A stretch of DNA of 64,000 nucleotides from Escherichia phage vB_EcoM-RPN187, in the sequence record OL770074.2; one strand, written 5' to 3'. Made by a program: the position numbers and the translations under genes. The notes under the pieces are model-generated. The model was not told where the DNA came from. It saw only the letters and a list, made by a program, of their open reading frames with translations, and did no database searches. Numbering within the stretch: position 1 is the first letter of the stretch; each line of letters begins with the position of its first letter. Below are positions 43,749-56,000 of the stretch, piece after piece.

Positions 43749-44021
43749 TCATTTTAAATAAATTGCGTATTTTTTATAGCCACCAGGCTCGTGTCGAAGA
43801 CCCTTATCATTAGCAAAACGCTCAATGTTGTTAATTTGATTCTGGTCAAGTTCAGAGATGTCAAACACGAAATAGTTACGTTTGTTACCAACTGTTACAT
43901 AGTCAGTTAAATCAATACCATATAGGTAATTGATGTCAGCAATCATAGTCTTGACAGCTTTGCTAATTTTTACTTTTTCGTTAAAAGTAGCTTCATTGAT
44001 AAATTCTTTAAATGTTTTCAT
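43749..44021 (-). CDS. capsid-targeting-leader protein (90 aa), ipI-locus internal-protein candidate
   Basis: N-terminus MKTFKEFINE-A; own promoter at 44053-44082. Confidence 0.5.
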   Translation of the reverse strand: MKTFKEFINEATFNEKVKISKAVKTMIADINYLYGIDLTDYVTVGNKRNYFVFDISELDQNQINNIERFANDKGLRHEPGGYKKYAIYLK

Positions 44022-44052
44022 TTTATTTTCTTAATTAATTTTGATAGGACCT

Positions 44053-44082
44053 ACTATAACATAGTCCTATCAACATGTAAAC
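44053..44082 (-). promoter_or_regulatory. early promoter GTTTAC-N17-TTATAGT with hairpin GATAGGAC/GTCCTATC
   Basis: Minus strand: GTTTACATGTTGATAGGACTATGTTATAGTAGGTCCTATC. Confidence 0.55.
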
Positions 44083-44084
44083 TA

Positions 44085-44348
44085 TTAAATACCTGCTTCG
44101 CGCTTAACATAAGCAACATAAGCTTCGATAGCTTTCTTGCTGGTAATTTTTACCTGACCGCGTCCGTTGCCTTCTTTAGAGTTTTTCTTAACAACTACAT
44201 TACCATCTTTAACACCCCATACATGGACATAAGTACCGATGTTTCGGTCGTAGAACATTGCATGGTCGTTGTTGTAAGAGAATGATTCGTAGTTCTCTGT
44301 CAGAGTAGAAGATTGAGATTCAGCGATAAATTCTTTATACGTTTTCAT
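44085..44348 (-). CDS. capsid-targeting-leader protein (87 aa), ipI-locus internal-protein candidate
   Basis: N-terminus MKTYKEFIAE-S; sits just upstream of 57B where T4 carries ipI. Confidence 0.5.
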   Translation of the reverse strand: MKTYKEFIAESQSSTLTENYESFSYNNDHAMFYDRNIGTYVHVWGVKDGNVVVKKNSKEGNGRGQVKITSKKAIEAYVAYVKREAGI

Positions 44349-44382
44349 TTTATTTCCTTGAGGTCGTTTATTTGATAGGATG

Positions 44383-44412
44383 ATAGTAACACACCATCAT
44401 CCTTATGTAAAC
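44383..44412 (-). promoter_or_regulatory. early promoter GTTTAC-N17-TTACTAT with hairpin
   Basis: Minus strand: GTTTACATAAGGATGATGGTGTGTTACTATCATCC. Confidence 0.55.
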
Positions 44413-44425
44413 TGTTTTGTGAAAA

Positions 44426-45111
<686 letters not shown>

Positions 45112-45115
45112 TTTA

Positions 45116-45850
45116 TTACCTTAAGATTGTTTCAATTTTAGAATAAAGCTCTTCTAAAGAGCCGTCGTTTGTAATAACTAAATCGCCTTCTTCAATAGGC
45201 AACCCAGCTTCTGTAATATGTTTATCAGTGGATTCCGTACCAGAGCGAACCACATGAATAACTGTAGCACCCATCGCTCTAGCGGTTTCCATTTCATGGA
45301 CTTGACGTGTATCGGTTACAACATAGTAATCGAAATCACTTCCAATATAATCCATATAGTTTAATGCAAAAAGTTTAACCCAATACATACGGTCAAATAA
45401 ATTAACGACAATATCCGTACCGAGGGCTTGCATAAGACGGCGGATTGACCATGTGTCGTTGATATTATTTATAGCTTCACGCAGGGCTTCATACGGTTTA
45501 ACATCTAGATATGAATACCCACCTTCTAATGATGATAATACTTTAACATTATTAATTGGTAAATATTGACTTTGTAAATAAATTAGCGTTTCTTCCATTA
45601 ATTCAATAACATCCAACTTATTGATATTTAATGGTGTTTCACGGTCGTATCCAACACCTTCAAAGTATTCATATTTCAACTCAGTGAATACATCAGGGTT
45701 TTCGGCATGTTTACGTCCCCAGGCTATTGCTAGAGCGTCTTTAATCGGATATGCCAATTGGTATTTTACGGATTTAAAGTTTGAATTGATGTAATCAGCA
45801 GTAGTGTCTTTACCACTACGTTTGATGCCGCTTAAAAAGATTAGCTCCAT
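45116..45850 (-). CDS. 1: dNMP kinase gp1
   Basis: 244 aa; P-loop-like LSGIKRSGKDTTADY at the N-terminus; T4 synteny. Confidence 0.9.
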   Translation of the reverse strand: MELIFLSGIKRSGKDTTADYINSNFKSVKYQLAYPIKDALAIAWGRKHAENPDVFTELKYEYFEGVGYDRETPLNINKLDVIELMEETLIYLQSQYLPINNVKVLSSLEGGYSYLDVKPYEALREAINNINDTWSIRRLMQALGTDIVVNLFDRMYWVKLFALNYMDYIGSDFDYYVVTDTRQVHEMETARAMGATVIHVVRSGTESTDKHITEAGLPIEEGDLVITNDGSLEELYSKIETILR

Positions 45851-45903
45851 AGGTTTTCCTCATATAATTTATGAGTGATTATAACATACGGAGCTAGAAG
45901 CGA

Positions 45904-46488
45904 TTAACGCAAGGAAGGGTGTCTAGAAATGGATTTAGATTCGACTGCTTGACGTGGTTGTTGAGATACAATGACTTCGCCATCCTTTTCTATCGTCATA
46001 TACGCGTAGTGAATAGTTGCTACGCACGTAACGGCAGGGTCAGAGTCTTCAGTGTAACTAAATTCAATTTCACTCAAATCAGAAATCCATGGTTTATAGA
46101 AATTTGCTGTCAAAACTACTTCGGTCTTATTGTTGTTTAAAATGTGCAAAGTAACAAACTCAGGACCATCGGAGTGGGCCGTATTATGTCCGGTTATATA
46201 GTTATTAGTGCTGAGCATCCATTTATACATGTTCATCCAGGACGTCATGTCTTCATCAACTATAAATCGTACAACAAAAGGGTCGTATTCAAATGTGGTG
46301 CCTGCACGCATTGCACGTCCTAACCCCATTGTGCCTGTCACAGTTTCAACAACAGGAATTCTCACACCGGGCAATGGAGCCGTTTGGGCATTGAGCACAA
46401 AACCTGAAGTTCGTGTACTATCTGGGATATCAACAACAAAGTTTGTTATATTTGTTTGGTTAAAAATCTGTCTCGCTGGACGAGTCAT
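45904..46488 (-). CDS. 3: tail completion/sheath stabiliser gp3
   Basis: ATG at 46486-46488 (MTRPARQIFNQ...); T4 order 1-3-2-4. Confidence 0.8.
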   Translation of the reverse strand: MTRPARQIFNQTNITNFVVDIPDSTRTSGFVLNAQTAPLPGVRIPVVETVTGTMGLGRAMRAGTTFEYDPFVVRFIVDEDMTSWMNMYKWMLSTNNYITGHNTAHSDGPEFVTLHILNNNKTEVVLTANFYKPWISDLSEIEFSYTEDSDPAVTCVATIHYAYMTIEKDGEVIVSQQPRQAVESKSISRHPSLR

Positions 46489-46590
46489 AAGCACCTCAAA
46501 AACGCTTTAATAAAAATGCAGTATAATGGTTTTAGGTCTCTTCCATTAATCCGGTTCAACAGAATATCAGAAGAACGGAAGAGAATAGAA

Positions 46591-47412
46591 TTAAGATTTC
46601 CAAACAGTATTCGCAGAGAAACGTTTTCCTTTTGACATAAACTGCTGAGTAGGTAACATGATTATGTTAGCCCAGTCTTTAGGAGCTATTTCTGTTATTG
46701 TTCCTCTAATGTGGCCTGGCAGGTATGCTTTAATCATTTTGTCAGCACCTTGAAATCCTTTCACCTTGCTCCAGTCTATCTTCAACTTTGTGTTATTAGT
46801 AATAGTAGTTGTGCTAGCATATTGCTTCAGCAATTCTTCAAGAAACTGTTGTCGTGCTTTAGGTGGGATATAGTGCAAGTTTAACCCATACATCAAATTA
46901 TGTTTACCTAATCCTAAATAAATAATCAAAGGATATCGGTCCCAATACGGCAGAGTATCTTTATGTTTAGCATCATACACGTAAGTATAAATTTTGCCTG
47001 GCGTAGGCTTGACTACTTTATGACCTTTTACACTTTTCTTAATTGTTTCAATAAACCACTTAGATGATTTGTTGTTTACTGCTGCGCCTTCATTTCTAAT
47101 CTTTTCTCGTATTGAACTGCGAAACGAGTTTATCATCAGAAGTTGACGTTCTTGCTTATTGAGTTTATTTTTAGGTTTAGATTCAAGCGTTTCAATTTTC
47201 TGTGCAGTCTTAATAGATGATGCATATCTAGACATTGCAGATGTAAACGACGAGTATTTTATTCCTTTTGATTCTGCAAATGCTTTTGCAGTGATTCCTT
47301 TCTCTTTAGCTTTCTTGTATTCTAATCCTATCTCAATCCATTTTCTTTCATTCATAGACTGAGCAATCTTAGGGGCTTGTACGCCTTCAGATATAATTTG
47401 GAATATGCTCAT
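46591..47412 (-). CDS. 2: DNA end-protector gp2
   Basis: 273-aa basic protein in the T4 gene-2 position and of its size. Confidence 0.8.
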   Translation of the reverse strand: MSIFQIISEGVQAPKIAQSMNERKWIEIGLEYKKAKEKGITAKAFAESKGIKYSSFTSAMSRYASSIKTAQKIETLESKPKNKLNKQERQLLMINSFRSSIREKIRNEGAAVNNKSSKWFIETIKKSVKGHKVVKPTPGKIYTYVYDAKHKDTLPYWDRYPLIIYLGLGKHNLMYGLNLHYIPPKARQQFLEELLKQYASTTTITNNTKLKIDWSKVKGFQGADKMIKAYLPGHIRGTITEIAPKDWANIIMLPTQQFMSKGKRFSANTVWKS

Positions 47413-47414
47413 AA

Positions 47415-47864
47415 TTACCCCTTGTATCCGAGTTTTCTAAGACCATCTTCGGTTAGAACTCGAAATTTTATATTTCTCTTTTCAGCAACAGCTGAGGCAG
47501 CTTTCCATTTGTCACAGTTCACAGACCAGGTATATATTTCATTCATATAACGTTTCTTTGCTGCAGTCGTAAGATTTACAGGCTTAATAGGCGGTTGAGT
47601 TTCTTTCTTTGGTTTTATTTCTACAAAGAACTCTTGACCTGATGCATCTTTCATCCATATGTCCATATAGTATCGACGTTTCTTACCTTCAGCATTACAA
47701 AAATATGGAATTACTGCCGTTTCACTACCCCATGCAATAATTTCTGGATTTTTATCCAACCATTCGAAAAAGAATTTTTCCCAGTTTGAACGATACGTTA
47801 TTTTGGTATGGTCTCCACGGTATTTTTTTAAATTTTTTGGGACCCATTTACCAGAGTAGGCCAT
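47415..47864 (-). CDS. 4: head completion protein gp4
   Basis: [55 protein letters not shown]..., near-identical to recalled T4 gp4; ATG at 47862-47864 with AAGGAGG SD. Confidence 0.88.
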   Translation of the reverse strand: MAYSGKWVPKNLKKYRGDHTKITYRSNWEKFFFEWLDKNPEIIAWGSETAVIPYFCNAEGKKRRYYMDIWMKDASGQEFFVEIKPKKETQPPIKPVNLTTAAKKRYMNEIYTWSVNCDKWKAASAVAEKRNIKFRVLTEDGLRKLGYKG

Positions 47865-47875
47865 GTTGTCCTCCT

Positions 47876-47883
47876 TATAAATA
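47876..47883 (+). promoter_or_regulatory. late promoter TATAAATA for the 53/5 operon (plus strand)
   Basis: Exact TATAAATA 43 nt upstream of the gp53 start; divergent from the gene-4 late promoter. Confidence 0.6.
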
Positions 47884-47890
47884 GTATTAT

Positions 47891-47898
47891 TATTTATA
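47891..47898 (-). promoter_or_regulatory. late promoter TATAAATA for gene 4 (minus strand)
   Basis: Exact T4 late -10 consensus 27 nt upstream of the gene 4 start. Confidence 0.6.
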
Positions 47899-47925
47899 CC
47901 AATTTCATATTGGAAGGAGACTATC

Positions 47926-48501
47926 TTGTTATTTACATTCTTCGACCCAATAGGATATAGTGCTAAAACAGTTAATAAGAACGCACCTACTATTCCTATG
48001 ACAGACATATTTCGTAACTATAAAGAGTACTTTAAACGTGTTGCTGCCAATTATAGATTACGTTCTTATTATATTAAAGGCTCTCCACGTCCTGAAGAAC
48101 TAGCAAACATAATTTATGGCAACCCTCAATTATACTGGGTCCTTTTGATGTGTAATGACAACTATGATCCATATTATGGTTGGATTACATCTCAGGAAGC
48201 CGCGTATCAAGCTTCTATTCAGAAATATGCTAATGCTGGCGGCGACCAAGTTCTTTATCATATTAATGAAAATCGTGAGAAATTTTACAATTTGGTTTCA
48301 TATCCGGATGAGCCTTTAGTGTGGTATGATAAAGGTGATGAAGCTCGTAAGTATCCGCAATATAAAGGACCTTTAGCTGCAGTAGATACTTATGAAGCGG
48401 CAGTATTAGATAATGAAAAACTTCGTAAAATAAAAATTGTTGCAAAAGAAGATATAAACTCGTTTATCACAGATTTGATTCGTGAGATGGAGATTGCATA
48501 A
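47926..48501 (+). CDS. 53: baseplate wedge protein gp53
   Basis: MLFTFFDPIGYSAKTVNKNAPTIPMTDIFRNYK... matches recalled T4 gp53; the first codon here is TTG, preceded by GGAAGGAGA. Confidence 0.85.
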   Translation: MLFTFFDPIGYSAKTVNKNAPTIPMTDIFRNYKEYFKRVAANYRLRSYYIKGSPRPEELANIIYGNPQLYWVLLMCNDNYDPYYGWITSQEAAYQASIQKYANAGGDQVLYHINENREKFYNLVSYPDEPLVWYDKGDEARKYPQYKGPLAAVDTYEAAVLDNEKLRKIKIVAKEDINSFITDLIREMEIA

Positions 48502-50234
48502 TGGAAATGATTAGCAGTAGCCTTAATTGGTTCGTGGGTGTTGTCGAGGACAGAATGGACCCATTAAAACAAGGGCGAGTTCGAGTTCGAGTCGTTGGTC
48601 TTCATCCGGCGCAGAGAACACAAGGTGATGTACAAGGTATTCCTACAGAAAAACTTCCATGGATGACTGTTATTCAACCTATTACGTCTGCATCAATGTC
48701 AGGTATTGGTGGTTCTGTTACAGGTCCTGTTGAAGGAACTCGAGTATATGGTCATTTCTTAGACAAATGGAAAACAAACGGGATTGTACTTGGTACATAT
48801 GGCGGAATAGTACGTGAAAAGCCTAATAGACTTGAAGGTTTTTCAGACCCGACAGGCCAGTATCCGCGACGTTTAGGTAATGATACGAACGTACTAAACC
48901 AAGGTGGTGAAGCTGGTTATTATTCGAACTCTAACGTAATTCAAGATAACAACTTGGATTATGGTATAAACCCAGACGATACAGATTTAGCAAATATTCC
49001 AGAAGATGATGACCCTAATTTTACAATAACAGAAATGTTACGTCGTGACGAAGGTCTTCGTGATAAAGTGTATTGGGACCATCTAGGGTATCCTACAGTA
49101 GGTATTGGACACCTTATCGTAATGGAAAAGACCCGAGACATGACTCGAATTAATAAATTGTTATCCGATCAAGTAGGGCGTGAAGTAACAGGAAATCCGG
49201 GAACTATTACATTAGAAGAAGCAACAGCGTTATTTGAGAAGGACCTTGCTAAGATGCAGAAAGACATTCGTTCTAATTCTAAAGTAGGTCCTGTTTATGC
49301 TAAAATGAACAGATCTCGCCAAATGGCATTAGAAAACATGTGCTTCCAGATGGGCGTTGGCGGTGTAGCAAAATTCAATACTATGCTTAAAGCAATGGCC
49401 ACAGGCGATTGGAAAACCGCATACAAATCTGGGCGCGATTCGTTATGGTTCCAACAGACTAAAGGGCGTGCTTCACGTGTAACAACAATTATTTTAACTG
49501 GTAACATGGAATCATATGGCGTTCCTGTTAAAACACCACCTTCACCAGGAGTTGGTGCCGATTTAGTTACTAGAAATACCGATCCAGAAGACCCAGCTGG
49601 TCCTCCTGTTCCGTTAGATTCACGTATCCTTTTTAAAGAACCTGAATCAAGTTATCGTGGTGAGTATCCATACGTTCATGCTATGGAAACAGAAAGTGGT
49701 CATATCCAAGAATTTGACGATACTCCAGGTAATGAACGTTATCGCTTAGTTCATCCAACAGGGTCATATGAGGAAGTTTCTCCGTCTGGGCGTCGTACTC
49801 GTAAAACTGTAGAAGACCTTTTTGACATCACTAATGGCGATGGGAACTTCTTGATTTCTGGCGATAAGCTTGTTAACGTTGGTGCTAATGAAATATATTA
49901 TAATATGGCAGACCGCCTCCATCAAATAGACGGCAATGATACAATCTTTATTCGTGGTAACCAATCTAAAACTGTTGAAGGCGATGGAACTCTTTACGTT
50001 AAGGGCAATATCAAAATAGTCGTTGACGGAAATGCAGATATTCTTGTTAAAGGCGATGCTAAAACTCAGGTCGAAGGGAATCATGATTACACCGTAAACG
50101 GAAACGTTAAATGGACTGTTAATGGTAATGTTGATATGACTGTTGCTGGGGATTGGGCAGAGACAATGTCTACAATGAGCTCAGTAGCTTCAGGACAATA
50201 CACTGTTGACGGATCTCGTATTGATATTGGGTAA
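48501..50234 (+). CDS. 5: baseplate hub and tail lysozyme gp5
   Basis: 577 aa; N-terminal OB domain, central lysozyme domain (RRDEGLRDKVYWDHLGYPTVGIGHL), C-terminal VxGxxxxx beta-helix repeats. Confidence 0.92.
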   Translation: MEMISSSLNWFVGVVEDRMDPLKQGRVRVRVVGLHPAQRTQGDVQGIPTEKLPWMTVIQPITSASMSGIGGSVTGPVEGTRVYGHFLDKWKTNGIVLGTYGGIVREKPNRLEGFSDPTGQYPRRLGNDTNVLNQGGEAGYYSNSNVIQDNNLDYGINPDDTDLANIPEDDDPNFTITEMLRRDEGLRDKVYWDHLGYPTVGIGHLIVMEKTRDMTRINKLLSDQVGREVTGNPGTITLEEATALFEKDLAKMQKDIRSNSKVGPVYAKMNRSRQMALENMCFQMGVGGVAKFNTMLKAMATGDWKTAYKSGRDSLWFQQTKGRASRVTTIILTGNMESYGVPVKTPPSPGVGADLVTRNTDPEDPAGPPVPLDSRILFKEPESSYRGEYPYVHAMETESGHIQEFDDTPGNERYRLVHPTGSYEEVSPSGRRTRKTVEDLFDITNGDGNFLISGDKLVNVGANEIYYNMADRLHQIDGNDTIFIRGNQSKTVEGDGTLYVKGNIKIVVDGNADILVKGDAKTQVEGNHDYTVNGNVKWTVNGNVDMTVAGDWAETMSTMSSVASGQYTVDGSRIDIG

Positions 50235-50237
50235 CAT

Positions 50238-50753
50238 ATGGCACAAATACTTCCTTTAAATACCGACTTAGGAGAAGACATGGAAGGGGCGTCTATTGAC
50301 GTCCTTTTTACTCCACAGTTAGAAACAACCGAAACTTTAGTGTCAATAAATATAACAGATTATGAACCGACACAAGGCATTACGGTAGATGGTAATCGTT
50401 TATATGGAACATATGAAAGTGTGTTTAGCTTTTCTTCGGATGCATTGAAATACCGATTAAATGATGATTTTGAAACCGCATCTTCATGGGATGATTTACC
50501 AAAAGATGAATCCACACAGTTATATTTGTGGAGAGCTCCTCAGAATCTTCGTAAAGTGTTTAGTTATACGGTTGAAATGATTTATAACTACCAAGAAGAA
50601 AGTTCATCAGGCGGCTCTAGAAGTGACTCTGGTACAGAACCTCCACCGGCTCCAGTACAAAAAACTCTTACTAAGGTTTATACAAAAACTATAGTAGGAA
50701 ATTGGAGCAAATGGGCTCAACAATTACGAAACTATGTTTATGTGAGGCCGTGA
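50238..50753 (+). CDS. 5.1: gp5.1-like protein
   Basis: 171-aa ORF between 5 and 5.4. Confidence 0.6.
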   Translation: MAQILPLNTDLGEDMEGASIDVLFTPQLETTETLVSINITDYEPTQGITVDGNRLYGTYESVFSFSSDALKYRLNDDFETASSWDDLPKDESTQLYLWRAPQNLRKVFSYTVEMIYNYQEESSSGGSRSDSGTEPPPAPVQKTLTKVYTKTIVGNWSKWAQQLRNYVYVRP

Positions 50754-50755
50754 AA

Positions 50756-51049
50756 ATGTCTGGCTTAAGTTACGACAAGTGCGTTACAGCAGGTCATGAA
50801 GCATGGCCTCCTACTGTAATAAATGCTTCCCAATCTAAAGTGTTCACCGGTGGTATTCCTGTTCTTGTGGCAGGAGACCAAATAACACCTCATACAGAAA
50901 CTAAAAAACCATACGAGACTCATGGAGGTGTTACTGAACCTCGTACATCTAAAGTATACGTCACCGGTAAAAAGGCCGTTCAAATGGCCGACCCAATTTC
51001 ATGCGGGGATACTGTTTCTCAGGCCTCGTCAAAAGTCTTTATAAAATAG
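50756..51049 (+). CDS. 5.4: spike-tip PAAR-like protein gp5.4
   Basis: ATG at 50756; [41 protein letters not shown]..., near-identical to recalled T4 gp5.4. Confidence 0.88.
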   Translation: MSGLSYDKCVTAGHEAWPPTVINASQSKVFTGGIPVLVAGDQITPHTETKKPYETHGGVTEPRTSKVYVTGKKAVQMADPISCGDTVSQASSKVFIK

Positions 51050-51057
51050 GAATTAAA

Positions 51058-53031
51058 ATGGCAAACACTCCTGTAAATTATCAATTAACCCGAACAGCGA
51101 ATGCTATTCCCGAGATTTTTATCGGGGGCACATTTGCCGAAATCAAACAGAACATTATCGAATGGCTCAATGGACAGAATGAATTTCTTGATTATGATTT
51201 TGAAGGTTCGCGTTTAAACGTATTGTGTGACCTTTTAGCATATAACACTCTTTACATCCAACAGTTCAGTAATAGTGCAGTGTATGAAAGTTTTATGCGT
51301 ACTGCAAACTTGCGTAGTTCTGTTGTACAAGCGGCTCAAGATAACGGATATCTGCCTTCATCTAAATCAGCAGCACAAACAGAAATTATGCTCACATGTA
51401 CGGATGCATTAAATAGAAACTATATCACCATTCCACGCGGCACTCGTTTCTTAGCATACGCTAAAGATACTTCTGTTAACCCGTATAACTTTGTTTCTAC
51501 TGAAGATGTCATTGTAGTTAAAGACAAAAATAACCAATATTTTCCACGTCTTCGATTAGCTCAAGGACGTATTGTTCGCACTGAATTAACATTTGATAGA
51601 TTAAAACCTATCATTATTCGTGATAAGAATATTGACCGTAATTTGGTTAAGTTGTATGTTGACGGAGCAGAATGGATTAACTGGACTCGTAAGTCGATGG
51701 TTCACGCTGGTTCTACGTCAACAATCTATTATATGCGTGAAACAGTTGATGGGAACACCGAATTTTATTTTGGTGAAGGCGAAATCTCTATTAACACATC
51801 AGAAGGTGCGTTAACATCTAACTATATTGGTGGCCTTAAACCTGTTCAGGGTTCTAAAATTGTAATTGAGTATATTTCTACTAACGGCGCAGATGCTAAC
51901 GGTGCTGTAGGATTTTCTTATGCCGATACATTAGCTAATATCACGGTAATCGGTATTAACGAGAACCCTAGCAATAACCCAGACTTTGTTGGGGCTGATG
52001 GTGGTGGCGACCCTGAAGATATTGAACGTATCCGCGAATTAGGCACAATTAAACGCGAAACTCAACAACGTTGTGTAACTGCTTCCGACTATGACACATT
52101 CGTCTCTGAGCGGTTTGGTTCTATTATTCAAGCGGTTCAAACATTCACAGATTCATCTAAGCCTGGGTACGCATTTATTGCTGCTAAACCTAAGTCTGGG
52201 TTGTATTTGACTTCTGTTCAACGTGATGATATCAAAAACTATTTAAATGATTATAACTTAGGGACTATTACACCTGTTGTTATTTCGCCTGATTATTTGT
52301 TTATCAAAATGAATATCAAAGTTACGTACGCGTTGAATAAACTCCAAGAATCAGAACAATATCTTGAAGGGCAGATTATTAATAAAATAGACCGTTATTA
52401 TATTGAAGATGTAGAAATTTTTAACTCATCATTTGCAAAATCTAAAATGCTAACTTATGTCGATGATGCAGATATTTCTATTATTGGTTCTTCAGCTACT
52501 ATTCAAATGGTTCGCGAAGTACAAAACTTCTATAAAACGCCTGAGGCCGGTATTAAATACAATAATCAGATTAAAGATAGATCGATGGAATCTAATATAT
52601 TCTCGTTTGATTCACACAGACCTAATCCAGAAAATGCAAACGAAACTATTAAATATGGTGTTCGCATAGTATCTTCTGACCGTAATGACCGTGGCATAGG
52701 TCAAGTTATTATTGGTCCATTTGCAGACGGCGATGTTGTTGAAAACGAAAATATACAACCTTATACAGGTAATGATTTTAATAAACTTACTGTTACTGAC
52801 GGACGAAACAAATACTATTCAATTGGTGAAGTGAATTATCCTGCCGATTCGATTTATTGGAACATTGCTAAAATTGACCTCACTTCAGACCGTTTTGAAG
52901 TTCAAACAATTGAACTTTATTCCGACCCTGCAGATGATATTATTTTTACAAAGGATGGTTCTTTAATCGTATTCGAAAATGACTTACGTCCTCAGTACTT
53001 AACTATAGATTTGGAGCCTATTTCACAATGA
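51058..53031 (+). CDS. 6: baseplate wedge protein gp6
   Basis: ATG at 51058 (MANTPVNYQL...); 657 aa; 4-nt overlap with gp7. Confidence 0.9.
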   Translation: MANTPVNYQLTRTANAIPEIFIGGTFAEIKQNIIEWLNGQNEFLDYDFEGSRLNVLCDLLAYNTLYIQQFSNSAVYESFMRTANLRSSVVQAAQDNGYLPSSKSAAQTEIMLTCTDALNRNYITIPRGTRFLAYAKDTSVNPYNFVSTEDVIVVKDKNNQYFPRLRLAQGRIVRTELTFDRLKPIIIRDKNIDRNLVKLYVDGAEWINWTRKSMVHAGSTSTIYYMRETVDGNTEFYFGEGEISINTSEGALTSNYIGGLKPVQGSKIVIEYISTNGADANGAVGFSYADTLANITVIGINENPSNNPDFVGADGGGDPEDIERIRELGTIKRETQQRCVTASDYDTFVSERFGSIIQAVQTFTDSSKPGYAFIAAKPKSGLYLTSVQRDDIKNYLNDYNLGTITPVVISPDYLFIKMNIKVTYALNKLQESEQYLEGQIINKIDRYYIEDVEIFNSSFAKSKMLTYVDDADISIIGSSATIQMVREVQNFYKTPEAGIKYNNQIKDRSMESNIFSFDSHRPNPENANETIKYGVRIVSSDRNDRGIGQVIIGPFADGDVVENENIQPYTGNDFNKLTVTDGRNKYYSIGEVNYPADSIYWNIAKIDLTSDRFEVQTIELYSDPADDIIFTKDGSLIVFENDLRPQYLTIDLEPISQ

Positions 53032-56000
53032 CAGTAAAAGCGCCAGCAGTCACAAGTCTCAGAATATCCAAGTTGTCCGCTAACCAAGTTCAAATACGCT
53101 GGGATGACGTTGGTGCTAATTTCTACTATTTCGTAGAAATCGCTGAGACTAAAACGTCAGACGGGGAAATAATTCCACCTGCCAACTACAGATGGATAAA
53201 TTTAGGATATACTCCTAATAGCAACTGGTTCGAAAGTAGCTTAGACCCATTAACTTCTTATATTATTCGTGTATCAACTGCCGCCGAAGGCTTCGAGAGA
53301 TCTGATTGGGTATACACCGAAATATTTGAATCATTTCAGACCAACGCGTATACATTTCAACATATGATTGAAATGCAATTGGCTAACAGTTTTATTAGAG
53401 AAAAATTTACAAATAACAACATGGCTTATGTCGATTTTAATAACGACACTATAATGGCAGCTCTAATGAATGAATCGTTCCAATTTAGCCCTGCTTATGC
53501 GGATATTTCATCTATTAAAAATTTCATTATTGGCGAAAACGAGTATCATGAAATTCAAGGTTCGATTCAACAGGTGTGTCATGATATAAACCGTGTTTAT
53601 TTGATGGAATCCGAAGGAATTCTTTATTTGTTTGAACGGTATCAGCCTGTGGTTAAAGTCTCTAATGATAAGGGACAAACCTGGAAATCGGTTAAATTGT
53701 TTAATGACCGTGTAGGGTACCCTGTATCAAGAACAGTGTATTACCAGACGGATCACACCACGTATGTTCTTGGGTATGATAAATTATTTTACGGCCGTAA
53801 ATCAACCGACGTTCGTTGGTCTGCCGATGATGTGAGATTTAGTTCTCAAGATATAACATTTGCTAAAATTGGCGACCAATTAAATTTAGGATTTGATGTA
53901 GAAATATTTGGTAACTACGCATCATTACCTGCTAACGTATCACGTATTGCAGAAGCTATCGTTTGCAATGACGATTATGTATACGTTGCTGCTCGAGATA
54001 AAGTTCGTTTTATTAAAACTAGTAATGCCCCTATTGATTCGGACCCGTTATCTCCGACATATTCCGAACGTTTGTTTGAACAAGAAACATTTAACATCAC
54101 AGGTAACCCTAAGGCAGTTTGCTATAAAATGGATTCTGTCGGTGGTAAAATATTTGCACTGATTGTCGGTGAAGTTGTTAATCTTAATGACGACCCGAGG
54201 ACCACTCCTATTGTTGATTCTGCTGATAAGGGTGTTTACGTTCTAGACCATGATGCTGGCACATTTAAACGTGTGTTTGGTAATACTGAAGAAGAACGCC
54301 GTCGTATTGAACCTGGGTACACCAGTATGTCTACTGATGGTGTTGAGTTATCTATTTCATCTAGTAATTTTAAATTTTTAGAATCAGATATTGTTGATGA
54401 CCAAAAAACACAAGTCAAGTACGGTTTAAACGGTGCTGTTAAATACGAGTATCCTCGCGAATGGTTGGCTGATAAACATTATCATATGATGTCATTTATT
54501 TCAACTGAAGACTCTCAATGGGAATCGTTCACTCCTCAACCGATGGAATACTATGCTGAGCCATTCTTTAGTTATTCTAGAAAGTCTGGTACTCGTTGTT
54601 GGATTAATAACTCAGACAAGGCCGTTGTAATTTATTCTGATTTACTTTACACTAAGGTTATTGAGAGTCATCCACTTAGTTCTCCAGACCGTGAAGTTCA
54701 TGAATATTGGAAGGACGGTGACTGTACAATAGTGATGCCTAACGTAGATTTCACCGGATTTAAAAAATATGCATCCGGCATGATTTTCTATAAAGCATCA
54801 GGTGAGATTATTTCTTATTATGATTTTAGTTACCGTGTTAGAGATAATGTTTCTATAATTTGGAAGCCTACTAATGTATTCTTAACAGCATCGTTACAAA
54901 ACCAAGAAAAAGATACCACATGGTCTCCTGTGGAAGAGAACGGTATTGCGGACCCAGATTTACGACCATTGCTCACTACAATGATGCCGGAGTCTTATCT
55001 TTTAGATAATACAAACTTCGAAGCATTCTGCGAGGCTTATATTCAGTATCTTTCTGACGGCTATGGGACCCATTATAACAACCTTTTAAATCTTATTAAA
55101 AATCAATATCCGCGAGAAGAACATGCGTGGGAATATTTATGGTCTGAGATTTATAAACGAAACATTTACTTAAACGCCGAAAAACGCGATTTAGTGTCTC
55201 GTTTCTTTGAATCAAGAAGTTATGACTTCTATTCAACTAAAGGAACTGAAGCATCATATAAATTCTTGTTTAAAGTGCTTTATAATGAAGATGTTGAAAT
55301 TGAAATTGAATCTAGTTCCGGGACCGAATATGATATCATCATTGAATCTGATTCGTTGACAGAAGATTTGGTCGGACAAACCATATACACCGCTACAGGA
55401 CGTTGTAATGTGACGTATATCGAGAGAAGTTACTCTAAAGGTAAATTACAATGGGCTGTAACAATTCACAACCTCTTAGGTCGTTTAATCCAAGGACAGG
55501 AAGTTAAAGCTGAAAGACTCCCTGGTTTTGAAGGTGAAATTGTTCGTGGTATTAAAGGTAAAGAGCTTTCTCAGAACAACATCGATTACATAAATCGTGG
55601 TAGAGCATACTACGTAATGAAGATTAAATCTAAACTTCCATCATCTCGTTGGAAATCAGACGTATTACGTTTTGTTCATCCGGTTGGATTTGGATTTATC
55701 GCAATTACCCTTCTCACAATGTTTATTAACACCGGATTAACACTTAAACATGTTGAAACCATTATTAATAAATACAAAAACTATAAGTGGGATTCTGGAT
55801 TACCGACTAAATATGCAGACCGAGTGGCTAAATTAGACCCACAAGGAAATGTTGAGTTTGACCCTATTACAGGTGAAGCGATATATGAAATAGGCCCTAT
55901 GGCTGGTCAAGATTATCCATTGCCTGAAGATTATAACGCTGAAAACAATAACTCCATATTTCAAGGTCAACTTCCATCGGAACGACGTAAACTGATGAGC

